Source: an uncultured Clostridia bacterium
GTDB lineage: Bacteria > Bacillota > Clostridia > TANB77 > CAG-508
Reading direction: 5' to 3'
NCBI GenBank assembly: GCA_944387495.1
Contig: CALXFD010000004.1
Location: 6,798-70,797 of the forward strand
Length of the DNA stretch: 64,000 nt
A model generated the notes under the pieces. It was given only the letters and a program-made list of their open reading frames with translations, made no database searches and was not told the DNA's origin. The translations under genes and the position numbers were made by a program. Of this stretch, positions 19,063 to 29,333 are shown one piece after another; within the stretch, counting starts at the first letter, position 1; each line of letters opens with the position of its first letter.

Positions 19063-20145
19063 TTAATTTTCTTTAATCCATTCGAGCAATTCTTCTTCTG
19101 AAATTTTATTATTGTTAAATTCCTTTATTTTTTCTTTAGCAAGTTTCTTCCAATTTTCAAAAGCTATTCGAATTTCTTCATCATTAGACCTTTTAACTTG
19201 CATTAATCTTCTTTGATAATTGTTTCTATAAAATTTAATTCCTTCAATAGTATTTCTCTTTTTAGAATAAGAATTATTAGCACCAATCATTTTACAAGTT
19301 ACTTCATTTTCACAATATACAATATCACAATATTTTTCAGTATTTCTAAGTGGAATAAAATATTTACCACAGTTCTTACAAACTTTAATTCTTATACTAG
19401 TATTAGAAGCTATTTCAAATAAAGAAATATACAGTATATTGGATAAATATGATGTATGAAAAATAGGACTATCACCTATATTTATTATTCCATTTTCTAA
19501 ATGTTCTCTAACTATTTTAGGTGTTATAGATTGTGAAGCTATATGGTATATATCATGTGCAAATTGTTGGTAATAATATACTTCTATGTTTGTAGAATAT
19601 TTAAATAAGTTATTAAAAATAGAATAAGAAAGATACTTTTCTAAAGGTGTATAATTCTTATCTATTGAATTATTATTTAAATTATACATATAGTCTACGC
19701 ATTGTTTTATCAAATATTGTAATTTCTTTAACTTAGGTTTAACTTTATTAAAAATTGGTTGATAAGTTTCTATAAATTCATCTTCTGTTTTAAAGAATTT
19801 TAATGAAGGAATAGATGCATAAAATTCACATAAAATAGAGAAACCATAAAAACAGAAGAAAGTACGATAAAATGTTTTAAAAGACGCAAAATTCGCATTA
19901 AGAAATTTTATTAAAAAAGTTCCATAACTTTCTTCAAAAGGCTCTAATAAAGTGGCTGAGGAAAAATAAATCTCTTTATCGTTCTTAGAATCATTAAAAA
20001 GTATATTTAAGAATCTATTACTTTTATCATGATAAAAAGTAGTTTTATACAAAGAAATTGAAGTTGTATAAAACTCTTTTCTTTTTTCCCTATTAAACCA
20101 AATGTTAAAGTAATCTTTTATTGGAATATTATCTTCTCTTAACAT
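19063..20145 (-). CDS. zinc-ribbon protein of mobile-element backbone (DUF6076-like by recollection)
   Basis: CKNCGKYFIPLRNTEKYCD..CENEVTC cluster; divergent from xis. Confidence 0.45.
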   Translation of the reverse strand: MLREDNIPIKDYFNIWFNREKRKEFYTTSISLYKTTFYHDKSNRFLNILFNDSKNDKEIYFSSATLLEPFEESYGTFLIKFLNANFASFKTFYRTFFCFYGFSILCEFYASIPSLKFFKTEDEFIETYQPIFNKVKPKLKKLQYLIKQCVDYMYNLNNNSIDKNYTPLEKYLSYSIFNNLFKYSTNIEVYYYQQFAHDIYHIASQSITPKIVREHLENGIINIGDSPIFHTSYLSNILYISLFEIASNTSIRIKVCKNCGKYFIPLRNTEKYCDIVYCENEVTCKMIGANNSYSKKRNTIEGIKFYRNNYQRRLMQVKRSNDEEIRIAFENWKKLAKEKIKEFNNNKISEEELLEWIKEN

Positions 20146-20415
20146 ATAAACACCTCAAAATATAAATTGCAATACATATTATAAAATAAAATTGCTAACA
20201 AAGTATCTTAATTATACAAAAATATAGTGAAAAATGCAATAAAAATTACAAATCAAAAACCATATAACTATTGAAAACACTATAAAAGAAGAAAATAAAA
20301 TAAAAAAATTAAAAAGTTTTAAAAAATAGCACAAGATTTTATGGTTGTACTGAGCTTTATAGTAGAAGGGAGGGAGAAAATGAATTTTTAAACGATAAAG
20401 AGAGGAGGAAGCATT

Positions 20416-20613
20416 ATGATGAATAATCAAATTCAAAGAACTACACTAACAATGAAAGAAGCATCAGAGTATTTGGGTATTTCATATTGGTTAATTAATC
20501 AACTGGTAAGGAAAAAACAAATTCCGTACTGTAAAGTTGGTGGAAAATATTTATTTAGAGTACAAGCACTAGACGAATATTTAAGAAATATGGAATTACA
20601 ATCTATGCTTTAA
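20416..20613 (+). CDS. xis: excisionase-family helix-turn-helix DNA-binding protein
   Basis: LTMKEASEYLGISYWLINQLVRKKQIPYCKVGGKYLFRVQALDEYL matches MerR-like excisionase HTH pattern; GAGGAGGA RBS. Confidence 0.75.
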   Translation: MMNNQIQRTTLTMKEASEYLGISYWLINQLVRKKQIPYCKVGGKYLFRVQALDEYLRNMELQSML

Positions 20614-20641
20614 ATTTTGAAGAAAGAGAGGAAAGGAGGCA

Positions 20642-21154
20642 ATGTATAAGTTACAATGGTTAAAAATTGATGCAAATTTATTTGCAAATAGGAAAATTCT
20701 AATATTACTTAAAGAACCTGATGGAGATACATATATTAGAGTCTGGATACAATTATTAATTATTGCTATGGAATGTAATAAAGAAGGAAATTTAGTAATA
20801 GGTGAGAATAAACCAATGACAATTGGATATTTTTCAAAGATTATGGGAAAGTCTTTTGAAAAAATGGAAGAAATAATTAAAAAATTTTTAGAATTAGAAA
20901 TGATAATTCTAGAAAATGAAGTTTACAAAATTAAAAATTGGAATAAATATCAAAGTATTGAAACATATGAAAAATATAAAGAACAAGGAAGATTAAGGCA
21001 ACAAAGATATCGTGAAAAATTAAAAAGTGAAAATGGAAAAAGTAACGTTACAGTAACGTTATGTAACGGAGAAGAAGAGAATAAAGAAAATAAAAGAAAA
21101 GAAATAAGAAAGGAAGAAGAGAACACAAATGGATTTAGAAAATACGAAATGTAA
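20642..21154 (+). CDS. phage replisome-organizer N-terminal-domain protein
   Basis: WLKIDANLFANRKILILLKEPDGDTYIRVWIQLLIIA typical of the replisome organizer family; precedes a DnaC-like loader. Confidence 0.6.
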   Translation: MYKLQWLKIDANLFANRKILILLKEPDGDTYIRVWIQLLIIAMECNKEGNLVIGENKPMTIGYFSKIMGKSFEKMEEIIKKFLELEMIILENEVYKIKNWNKYQSIETYEKYKEQGRLRQQRYREKLKSENGKSNVTVTLCNGEEENKENKRKEIRKEEENTNGFRKYEM

Positions 21155-21965
21155 TTCTAAAGAGGAGATTTTCCACAATAAATGCAAATTTTGTGGAAAA
21201 GATTTAAAAGCAATAGGCTTAGATTATTTATATGCAAATATACCATTAAGTTCAATAGAATATGAAAGATGCGATTGTAAACAGTCAAAGGATTATTGGG
21301 AAGAAGTAGATTTAAAAGAAGAAAAACAAAAGAAAAGGAAACAATTTGAGCAAATGACTAGACAATTTTATATACAAAATTATATTAACAAACGAATACA
21401 AGATTATCAATTTGAAAACTTTATAATAACAGAAATCAATAAGAAAGAAGTAGAAATTGCAAAAGATTTTACAGAAAAATGTATTAATAAAAATCAAAAA
21501 AATGGGCTTATTATTACTGGAAAATCAGGAACTGGAAAGACACATTTAGCAACAGCTATTTTAAATAAACTAACTGAAAAAGATATATTAGTTTTAATGG
21601 GAAGACTAATTGTATTGCTGGATGTAATTAAAGATACTTTTAAAGATTTTTCTAGTAAAGAAAAAGACATAATAGAATTGTATTCTAAAGTTGATATGCT
21701 TATAATTGATGATTTAGGAACAGAAAGAATTAGAAGTTGGGCACTAGAAAAATTATATACAATTATAGAAAATAGAAATGAAAATAAATTACCAATTATA
21801 GTAACAACTAGATTTAATAAAGAAAGCTTACTAGATAGATTTTGTCAAAGTGAAGATGAAGAATTATCAGAAGCTGTTATTCAAAAGTTGTATCAATTTT
21901 GTTATGGAATTGAACTGAAAAAGTATGATCAAAATGAAAAAGAAAAAGTTAGCAAAAGCGACTAA
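21129..21965 (+). CDS. DnaC/IstB-like AAA+ helicase-loader ATPase
   Basis: Walker A GKSGTGKTHLATAI, Walker B MLIIDDLGTE; N-terminal Cys cluster CKFCG..CDC; overlaps upstream gene. Confidence 0.8.
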   Translation: MDLENTKCNSKEEIFHNKCKFCGKDLKAIGLDYLYANIPLSSIEYERCDCKQSKDYWEEVDLKEEKQKKRKQFEQMTRQFYIQNYINKRIQDYQFENFIITEINKKEVEIAKDFTEKCINKNQKNGLIITGKSGTGKTHLATAILNKLTEKDILVLMGRLIVLLDVIKDTFKDFSSKEKDIIELYSKVDMLIIDDLGTERIRSWALEKLYTIIENRNENKLPIIVTTRFNKESLLDRFCQSEDEELSEAVIQKLYQFCYGIELKKYDQNEKEKVSKSD

Positions 21966-22126
21966 ACTAAATACTAACTTAATCCAAAAACTAAAATTAT
22001 TATAAAATATTTATAAACAAAAGTAAAGAGTATTTTAAACTAAAAAAGTTTAAATATTTTAGAAAATTTTTAATACAAAAGAAGAAAAGTGATATAAAAA
22101 ATATCCCTCGGAGAGCAAAAAAGGTT

Positions 22127-22263
22127 TTAGGGCATTTTGCCCTAAGCAGCTAAAACGGTGTCAAAACACCATGCTGGCGAATATTAGGTACTAAAAAATA
22201 CTACCCAATATTCGAGCAAAATAAATTTTGCAAATTCTTAATGCTACGTAAACTAGCATTAAG
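22127..22263 (+). other. four consecutive stem-loops (candidate ori/sso or structured RNA)
   Basis: ttagggc..gccctaa (22127-22145); ggtg..cacc (22157-22170); cgaatattaggta..tacccaatattcg (22178-22214); cttaatgcta..tagcattaag (22237-22263). Confidence 0.35.
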
Positions 22264-22282
22264 AAATTTTTATATATAGGAA

Positions 22283-22915
22283 GTGAAAAAAATGTATGTT
22301 AATTCGGAACAGGCGTTAGATAGTGTTTTCTTATCATACGATAAAATATTAAAGAAATTACATCTACTTGGATTAACTACTAAAAAAGGTAAAGAAATAA
22401 CAGAATTAGATTTAAGAAAAGCAATAGATGTTATGTTAGAAAAGCATCCAACTTGTAGATGGAGAAGTGAGAAAATAAAAAGCAGAAAATATTTTATTTT
22501 GACTGAAGGATATTATTGGTTATTAAATGTATATTTTCAAAAAGAAAAATCATTAATTGATGCAGATATAGATTTTTTTGAAGATAGAATTAAACAATAT
22601 GAGGAACTATTAAAAGTGGAGAATAATCAAAATTGGTGGAATAAAAACATGGATATAAAACAACTATGCAAATATTTTGATAGAAAAGAAATTACGATAA
22701 GAAAATCAATTAAGAAAATGTGTGATAGTGGATTTGAACAGTATAAATTTTTAATTAATAACAAAGTTGTTATTTCTAGTAAAGGTATTGAATGGCTAAG
22801 TAAAAATGTTTTTAAACAAAAATATTTAGAACTATTGGAAAAATATAAGATGGAGTTAACAGAGTTATATATTGAAAAAGGATATATTTATGATGAGTAT
22901 TTTGGAAGAAATTAA
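22283..22915 (+). CDS. hypothetical protein upstream of hsdR (start GTG 22283 or ATG 22292)
   Basis: Clean 210-aa ORF with normal composition; no motif recognised. Confidence 0.5.
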   Translation: MKKMYVNSEQALDSVFLSYDKILKKLHLLGLTTKKGKEITELDLRKAIDVMLEKHPTCRWRSEKIKSRKYFILTEGYYWLLNVYFQKEKSLIDADIDFFEDRIKQYEELLKVENNQNWWNKNMDIKQLCKYFDRKEITIRKSIKKMCDSGFEQYKFLINNKVVISSKGIEWLSKNVFKQKYLELLEKYKMELTELYIEKGYIYDEYFGRN

Positions 22916-23031
22916 AAAGAATAAAAGGATAAAATTGTAAAAAAATGAGGTAAAATGTAGAATGTTTTTTACTTTTATGATAAAATAACTTCGGATAAAT
23001 AAAAATTATCGGAAGTTATGGGGGAACGTTT

Positions 23032-25380
23032 ATGGGAATAGAAGAACAATTATCTGAGGAAGATATAAGAAACATGTATATAACACCGGCTTTGACCAAA
23101 AAATGGAGTCTGGAAAAGCAAATTAGAAGTGAAGTTTATTTTACTGCTGGAAGAGTAATTGTAAGAGGAAATATGTCTGCAAGAAAAAAAGGAGAAAAAG
23201 CAGATTATATATTATATTATAATAGTTCTAAACCTATTGCTGTGGTAGAAGCTAAAAAGAATACGCTATCAGTAGGAGCAGGAATGCAACAAGCAATGAA
23301 TTATGCAAAAATTTTAGATATTCCTTTTGCGTATTCAACTAATGGAAAAGCTTTTTTAGAACATGATTTTTTAACTGGAAAAGAGCGAGAAATTTCAATG
23401 GATGAATTTCCTTCTCCAGAAGAATTGTGGAATAGATATAAGATAGGGAAAAATCTTACATTGGATGAAGAAAAAATTATTAATGAACCATATTATTATG
23501 CCCCAGGAACAAATAAACCAAGATACTATCAAAGGATAGCAATTAATAGAACATGTGAAGCGATAGCAAGAAATCAAAAAAGAATACTATTAGTTATGGC
23601 TACAGGTACTGGAAAAACATTTACAGCTTTTCAAATTATACATAGGTTAAGAAAAGCGGGATTAAAAAAGAAAATACTTTATTTAGCAGATAGAAATATG
23701 CTTATAGATCAAACTATGAGTCAGGATTTTCAACCATTTAGTAATATAATGACTAAAGTAGAAAATAGAAAAATGGACAGCTCTTATGAAATATATATGG
23801 CATTATATCAACAACTTACTGATGGACAAGGGACAGATATATTTAAAAATTTCCAGAGAGATTTTTTCGATTTAATTATTGTAGATGAATGCCACAGAGG
23901 GAGTGCAGCTGACGACTCAAATTGGAGAAGAATATTAGAATATTATAGTAGTGCTACTCAAATTGGTTTAACTGCGACTCCAAAAGAAGATAAGGAAGTA
24001 TCTAACATAAGCTATTTTGGAGAACCAATTTATACATATTCACTAAAACAAGGAATAGATGATGGGTTTTTAGCTCCTTATAAAGTTATAAGAGTTAATT
24101 TAGATAAAGATTTAGTTGGATATAGACCAGAGGCAGGTAAGACTGATGTAAATGGTAATATCATAGATACAGATGAGACATATTATCAAGCTGATTTTGA
24201 CAAGAAAATAATTATAGATGAAAGAACACAAGTAGTAGCAAAAAGAGTTACTGAGTTCTTGAAGAATACAAATAGATATAATAAAACAATAGTTTTTTGT
24301 ATCGATATAGAACATGCTGAAAGAATGAGACAAGCATTAGTTAATGAAAATTCAGATATGATGTTAGAAAATCCAAATTATATTATGCGAATTACAGGTG
24401 ATAATCAAGAGGGAAAAGATCAATTAGAAAATTTTATAGATGTTGAAGAAAAATATCCAACAATTGTAACAACTAGCAAATTGTTAACAACGGGAGCTGA
24501 TTGTAAAACCTGTAAATTAATAGTGTTGGATTCTAATATTAATTCAATGACAGAATTTAAACAAATTATTGGTAGAGGAACTAGAATTAGGGAGGATTTT
24601 GGTAAAACATATTTTACAATATTGGATTTTAGAAATGCAAGTAGATTATTTAGTGATCCTGACTTTGATGGTGAACCAATTTCAATAAAAGTAGTAAAAC
24701 CTGGTGAACCAATGCCAACAGAAGATGAAGACAAAATTGAAAATAGTGGCGATGATACTAAACCTACTGATAAAAATAATGTAGATATAAATCATCCCGG
24801 AAAAACAGTTAATACGAATACAAAAATTAGAGTTAATGGTGTAGATGTAAATATCTATAATGAGATATGTTCATATTATGATAAAGATGGAAAATTAGTA
24901 ACCGAATCATTGAAAGATTTTAGTAAAAGAAGTATTTTAAACGAATATGCTTCATTAAATGATTTTATTAATAAATGGAATTCAACAGATAGGAAGCAAG
25001 CAATACTAGATGAATTAAAGGAACAAGGAGTATTACTTGATGAACTACGAAAAGATGTAGGAAATGAAGATATCGGAGATTTTGATTTGATTTTACATAT
25101 TGCTTATGATAAAAAACCTCTTACCAGATATGAAAGAGTAAATAAAGTATTAAAAAAAGGATATTTATATAAATATTCTGAGATGGCTCAAAATATTTTA
25201 AAAGATTTATTAGAAAAATATAGTGATAATAATGAATTAGAACTTACTGATACCAAAATATTACAATTAAAACCATTTGAGGGGTATGGATCTCCAATGG
25301 AAATTGTAGATGTATTTGGAGGAAAAGAGAAATATATAGAAGCTGTGGAAGAATTAGAAGATGAATTATATGCAAGTTAG
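23032..25380 (+). CDS. hsdR: type I restriction enzyme R subunit
   Basis: N-terminal PD-(D/E)xK KADYILYY..VVEAKK; helicase motifs VMATGTGKT, IIVDECHRG, LTATP, QIIGRGTR. Confidence 0.9.
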   Translation: MGIEEQLSEEDIRNMYITPALTKKWSLEKQIRSEVYFTAGRVIVRGNMSARKKGEKADYILYYNSSKPIAVVEAKKNTLSVGAGMQQAMNYAKILDIPFAYSTNGKAFLEHDFLTGKEREISMDEFPSPEELWNRYKIGKNLTLDEEKIINEPYYYAPGTNKPRYYQRIAINRTCEAIARNQKRILLVMATGTGKTFTAFQIIHRLRKAGLKKKILYLADRNMLIDQTMSQDFQPFSNIMTKVENRKMDSSYEIYMALYQQLTDGQGTDIFKNFQRDFFDLIIVDECHRGSAADDSNWRRILEYYSSATQIGLTATPKEDKEVSNISYFGEPIYTYSLKQGIDDGFLAPYKVIRVNLDKDLVGYRPEAGKTDVNGNIIDTDETYYQADFDKKIIIDERTQVVAKRVTEFLKNTNRYNKTIVFCIDIEHAERMRQALVNENSDMMLENPNYIMRITGDNQEGKDQLENFIDVEEKYPTIVTTSKLLTTGADCKTCKLIVLDSNINSMTEFKQIIGRGTRIREDFGKTYFTILDFRNASRLFSDPDFDGEPISIKVVKPGEPMPTEDEDKIENSGDDTKPTDKNNVDINHPGKTVNTNTKIRVNGVDVNIYNEICSYYDKDGKLVTESLKDFSKRSILNEYASLNDFINKWNSTDRKQAILDELKEQGVLLDELRKDVGNEDIGDFDLILHIAYDKKPLTRYERVNKVLKKGYLYKYSEMAQNILKDLLEKYSDNNELELTDTKILQLKPFEGYGSPMEIVDVFGGKEKYIEAVEELEDELYAS

Positions 25381-25391
25381 GAGAAAGAATA

Positions 25392-26879
25392 ATGGGAATA
25401 GGAAATATATTAAAAAGACTACAAGATATCATGAGAAATGATGAAGGAGTAAATGGAGATGCACAACGATTAGAACAAATTGTATGGATATTGTTTTTAA
25501 AAGTGTATGATGCTAAAGAAACACAATGGGAATTTGATGACGAAGGATATGTCTCAGTAATTCCAGAAGAATTAAGATGGAGAAATTGGGCGGTAGATAA
25601 GAAAGATGGGAAAGCATTGACAGGTGAAGAATTACTTAATTTTATTAATAATGAATTGTTTCCAAGATTAAAGAACTTAGATATAGATGCAGACACACCG
25701 ATAAAAAAGGCAATTGTAAAATATACATTTACAGACATTAATAATTATATGAAAAATGGTATATTACTAAGACAAGTAATCAATATTATTGATGAAATAA
25801 AATTTACTAACCCTAATGAAAGACATGAATTTAACGAAATCTATGAAACTATGTTAAAAGAGTTACAAAGTGCAGGAAATGCAGGAGAATTTTATACTCC
25901 TAGACCAGTTACTAACTTTATGGTAAATATGATAAAGCCTAAATTAGGAGAAAAGATTGCAGACTTTGCTTGTGGTACAGGAGGATTTTTAACTTCAGCT
26001 TTAGATTATTTAAAAGAGCAAGTAAAAACAGCAGAGGATTTGGATTTATATAATGATTCAATATATGGTGTAGAAATGAAATCATTACCATATTTATTGT
26101 GTATTACTAATTTATTGCTACATGACATAGATAATCCTAAAGTAGAGCATAGAAATAGTTTTGATAGAAACATAAAAGATTATTCTGAAGATGAGAAATA
26201 TGATGTAGTATTAATGAATCCACCTTATGGGGGAAATTTGTTGAAAGAATATTTAGTTAATTTTCCATCAAATTTAAGAGGATCAGAAACAGCAGATTTA
26301 TTTATAGCATTAATCATGTATAGACTTAAGTCTTTTGGAAGAGCGGCAGTAATACTTCCAGATGGATTCTTGTTTGGAACAGATAATACTAAAATAAATA
26401 TAAAAACAAAACTACTAAAAGAATTTAATTTACATACTATAATTAGATTACCAAGTTCTGTTTTTGCACCATATACATCTATAACAACTAACATATTATT
26501 TTTTGATAAATCAATGCCAACAAGTGAAATATGGTTTTATAGATTGGATATGCCAGAGGGATACAAGAATTTTTCAAAAACAAAACCAATAAAAAATGAG
26601 CATTTTAAAGAAGTAAGCGAGTGGTGGGATAATAGAAAAGAAATTATAGACGAAAAACAAAACGAGGAATCTACTACAACTTATAAATCTAAATGTTATT
26701 CAGTAAAAGAAATAATTGAAAATGGATATAATTTGGATTTGTGTGGATATCCTCATGAAGAAGAAATAATATTAGAGCCTAAAGAATTAATTGCAAAGTA
26801 TCAAAAAGAAAGAGCTAAATTGAATGCGGAAATTGATAAAATTTTAGAAGAAGTAAGTAAATTATTGGAGGAAGACTAA
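25392..26879 (+). CDS. hsdM: type I R-M N6-adenine methyltransferase subunit
   Basis: FYTPRPV, motif I DFACGTGGFL, motif IV LMNPPYGG. Confidence 0.9.
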   Translation: MGIGNILKRLQDIMRNDEGVNGDAQRLEQIVWILFLKVYDAKETQWEFDDEGYVSVIPEELRWRNWAVDKKDGKALTGEELLNFINNELFPRLKNLDIDADTPIKKAIVKYTFTDINNYMKNGILLRQVINIIDEIKFTNPNERHEFNEIYETMLKELQSAGNAGEFYTPRPVTNFMVNMIKPKLGEKIADFACGTGGFLTSALDYLKEQVKTAEDLDLYNDSIYGVEMKSLPYLLCITNLLLHDIDNPKVEHRNSFDRNIKDYSEDEKYDVVLMNPPYGGNLLKEYLVNFPSNLRGSETADLFIALIMYRLKSFGRAAVILPDGFLFGTDNTKINIKTKLLKEFNLHTIIRLPSSVFAPYTSITTNILFFDKSMPTSEIWFYRLDMPEGYKNFSKTKPIKNEHFKEVSEWWDNRKEIIDEKQNEESTTTYKSKCYSVKEIIENGYNLDLCGYPHEEEIILEPKELIAKYQKERAKLNAEIDKILEEVSKLLEED

Positions 26880-28480
26880 TGACTGCTCAAGAATTAAAAA
26901 ATTCAATTCTTCAATTAGCAATACAAGGAAAATTAGTAAAGCAAGATCCGAATGATGAACCAGCAACTGTATTGCTTGAAAAAATAAAAGAAGAACGTAA
27001 AAAATTAATCAAAGAAAAGAAAATAAAAAAAGAAAAATACTCAGAAATATATAAAGATCCTTCAGATAATCATTATTATGAGAAGTTTGAAGATGGTACT
27101 ATAAATGATATCACAGAAGAAATTCCTTTTGATATTCCTGATACTTGGAAATGGGTTAGATTAAAGAATATTGCAAGATTATTTTCTGGGTATGCTTTTA
27201 AGGGACAAGATTTGACAGATACAAAACAAGTAAGAGTAATTAGAATATCAGACTTTGATGACAATAGATTAAAAAATAACAAAATTGTAAGAATAGATGA
27301 AAATAAAATTTATGATAAATTTATTATAGAAAATAATAGTATTTTATTAGCGATGACAGGTGGAACTGTCGGAAAAAGTATTTTGTTAAAAAATATTAAA
27401 GAAAAAATGTATTTAAACCAACGTATTGTGTCTATTAGTCAATTGTATTCTTTTATATGCATTGATTATTTAGATCTTAACATCCAATCACCATATATAC
27501 AGCAACTCATAAATGATAATAAAAATTCAACTAATGATAATATTTCTATGAATTTAATTAATAACTTTTTAATACCATTACCGCCATTTAATGAACAACA
27601 ACAAATCATAAATAAGATAGAAAACGTTTTACCATATATTGAAAAATATAATTTTGTATATAGTAAATTAACAAGATTAAACAATTCATATAAAGAAGAA
27701 TTAAAAAAATCAATCCTACAATATGCAATACAAGGGAAATTAGTACAACAAGATCAAAATGATGAACCAGCAGATATTTTAATTAATAAAATTCTAAGCG
27801 AAAAACGTGAATTAATTAAATCTAAACAAATTAAAAAAGAAAATTTATCTGTAATTTATAAAAATAATACAGATAATCAATTTTATGAGAAGTTTGATGA
27901 TGGTACTATTAAAAATATTACAGAAGAAATACCTTTTGAAATTCCAGATAATTGGGCTTGGACTAGACTTGAAAATCTAACAACCAAACAAATAAAAAGG
28001 GGAAAATCACCTAAATATATTAATAAGAGCAATGTATATGTCTTTTCACAAAAATGTAATCAGAAAGATGGAATAATTTCATTAGAACAGTCTAAATTTT
28101 TAGATGAAAAGACTTTAAAGAAATATGATGATACAGATTACATAATTAAATCGGATATTGTTATAAATTCAACTGGTAATGGCACCTTAGGTAGAATAGG
28201 AATTATAAAAGATAGAAATATATATTCCAATAAAGTTGTTACTGATTCTCATGTTACTTTGGTACGAGTATTTGATGAGATAGAAGCTGATTACATATTC
28301 TACTTTTTAAAATGTAATCAAAAATATTTAGAATTGAAAGCAACCGGATCAACAAATCAAACAGAATTAAGCCCCGAAGTAATAAAAAAAATGATGGTTC
28401 CTTTACCTAATAATATAGAGCAACAAAAAATTAAAAACAAAATAGAAAAAATATTTAACACGATAAAAACAGCTGAATAG
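26879..28480 (+). CDS. hsdS: type I R-M specificity subunit (expressed copy; two TRDs, each preceded by a conserved region)
   Basis: TAATG overlap with hsdM; repeated conserved segments ILQ.AIQGKLV.QD.NDEPA .. YEKF.DGTI..ITEEIPF.IPD.W.W. Confidence 0.9.
   Translation: MTAQELKNSILQLAIQGKLVKQDPNDEPATVLLEKIKEERKKLIKEKKIKKEKYSEIYKDPSDNHYYEKFEDGTINDITEEIPFDIPDTWKWVRLKNIARLFSGYAFKGQDLTDTKQVRVIRISDFDDNRLKNNKIVRIDENKIYDKFIIENNSILLAMTGGTVGKSILLKNIKEKMYLNQRIVSISQLYSFICIDYLDLNIQSPYIQQLINDNKNSTNDNISMNLINNFLIPLPPFNEQQQIINKIENVLPYIEKYNFVYSKLTRLNNSYKEELKKSILQYAIQGKLVQQDQNDEPADILINKILSEKRELIKSKQIKKENLSVIYKNNTDNQFYEKFDDGTIKNITEEIPFEIPDNWAWTRLENLTTKQIKRGKSPKYINKSNVYVFSQKCNQKDGIISLEQSKFLDEKTLKKYDDTDYIIKSDIVINSTGNGTLGRIGIIKDRNIYSNKVVTDSHVTLVRVFDEIEADYIFYFLKCNQKYLELKATGSTNQTELSPEVIKKMMVPLPNNIEQQKIKNKIEKIFNTIKTAE
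27063..27154 (+). repeat. hsdS inversion repeat IR1 (plus copy)
   Basis: 92 bp, perfect reverse complement of 30633-30724. Confidence 0.85.
27717..27967 (+). repeat. hsdS inversion repeat IR2 (plus copy)
   Basis: ~251 bp, identical as far as checked by eye to the reverse complement of 29820-30070. Confidence 0.85.
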
Positions 28481-28492
28481 ACAGCTGTTTTT

Positions 28493-29296
28493 TTACCAAT
28501 CAATTATTTTGTTTACAATTTCTTGCTGCTCTGTACTAGTTCTTCTTAAATATATTCTAGTTGTTTCGATACTTTCGTGCCCCATCAAATCTGCTAAAAG
28601 CGATATATCATTAAATCTATCTAAAAAACTCTTAGCAAATCTATGTCTAAAAGAATGAGGATATATTACTTTTGGATTTAAGCCATATTTTATACCAAGT
28701 TTTTTTAATTCTCCGCTAATTCCCCTAGCTGTTATACGGTTTCCATATTTATTTTTAAATATAAAGCCTTCTGTAAGATTACTTTTATCAAACCATGATA
28801 AAGCTTCTTTTTGTAGTTTTTCCGGTATATATATTCTTCTTAATTTTCCACCCTTAGAATATAAATCAAAATATCCTATCTTTACATGTTCAACCTTAAA
28901 CTGAATTAATTCACTAATTCTAGCACCAGTTGCTGTAATAAATCTTATAACAAAATACCAATACATTTCTTTATCATTTTTTAGACATTTTTTAAAATAT
29001 TCATAATCAGCTTCACTTATAACATTTTCCAAAAAGTTCTTTTGTTGCAATTTTAGTAATGGTAGCCTTAAATGGTCTTTTTTTAAATATTTTAAGTAAG
29101 TATTTATTGCTTGAATTCTTAAATTTACAGTCTTAATTTTATAATTTTCAACTAGAAATGTTTTATATGCTTGTAAATTTTTTTTATTAATTATTAAATA
29201 TTTTGATTGGTATTGATTAACTGTAAATAAGTAAGACTTAATAGTATTTTGTGAAAGATTTCTTTTCCTTAAATATTCTTCAAAACTGAATGCCAT
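28493..29296 (-). CDS. tyrosine site-specific recombinase (hsdS shufflon invertase)
   Basis: TGARISEL .. HSFRHRFAKSF .. LMGHESIETTRIYL (R-HxxR-Y); located between the inverted hsdS copies. Confidence 0.85.
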   Translation of the reverse strand: MAFSFEEYLRKRNLSQNTIKSYLFTVNQYQSKYLIINKKNLQAYKTFLVENYKIKTVNLRIQAINTYLKYLKKDHLRLPLLKLQQKNFLENVISEADYEYFKKCLKNDKEMYWYFVIRFITATGARISELIQFKVEHVKIGYFDLYSKGGKLRRIYIPEKLQKEALSWFDKSNLTEGFIFKNKYGNRITARGISGELKKLGIKYGLNPKVIYPHSFRHRFAKSFLDRFNDISLLADLMGHESIETTRIYLRRTSTEQQEIVNKIIDW

Positions 29297-29333
29297 ACTG
29301 AAACCCTCCTTTCCAATATGGCATTATATAAAA

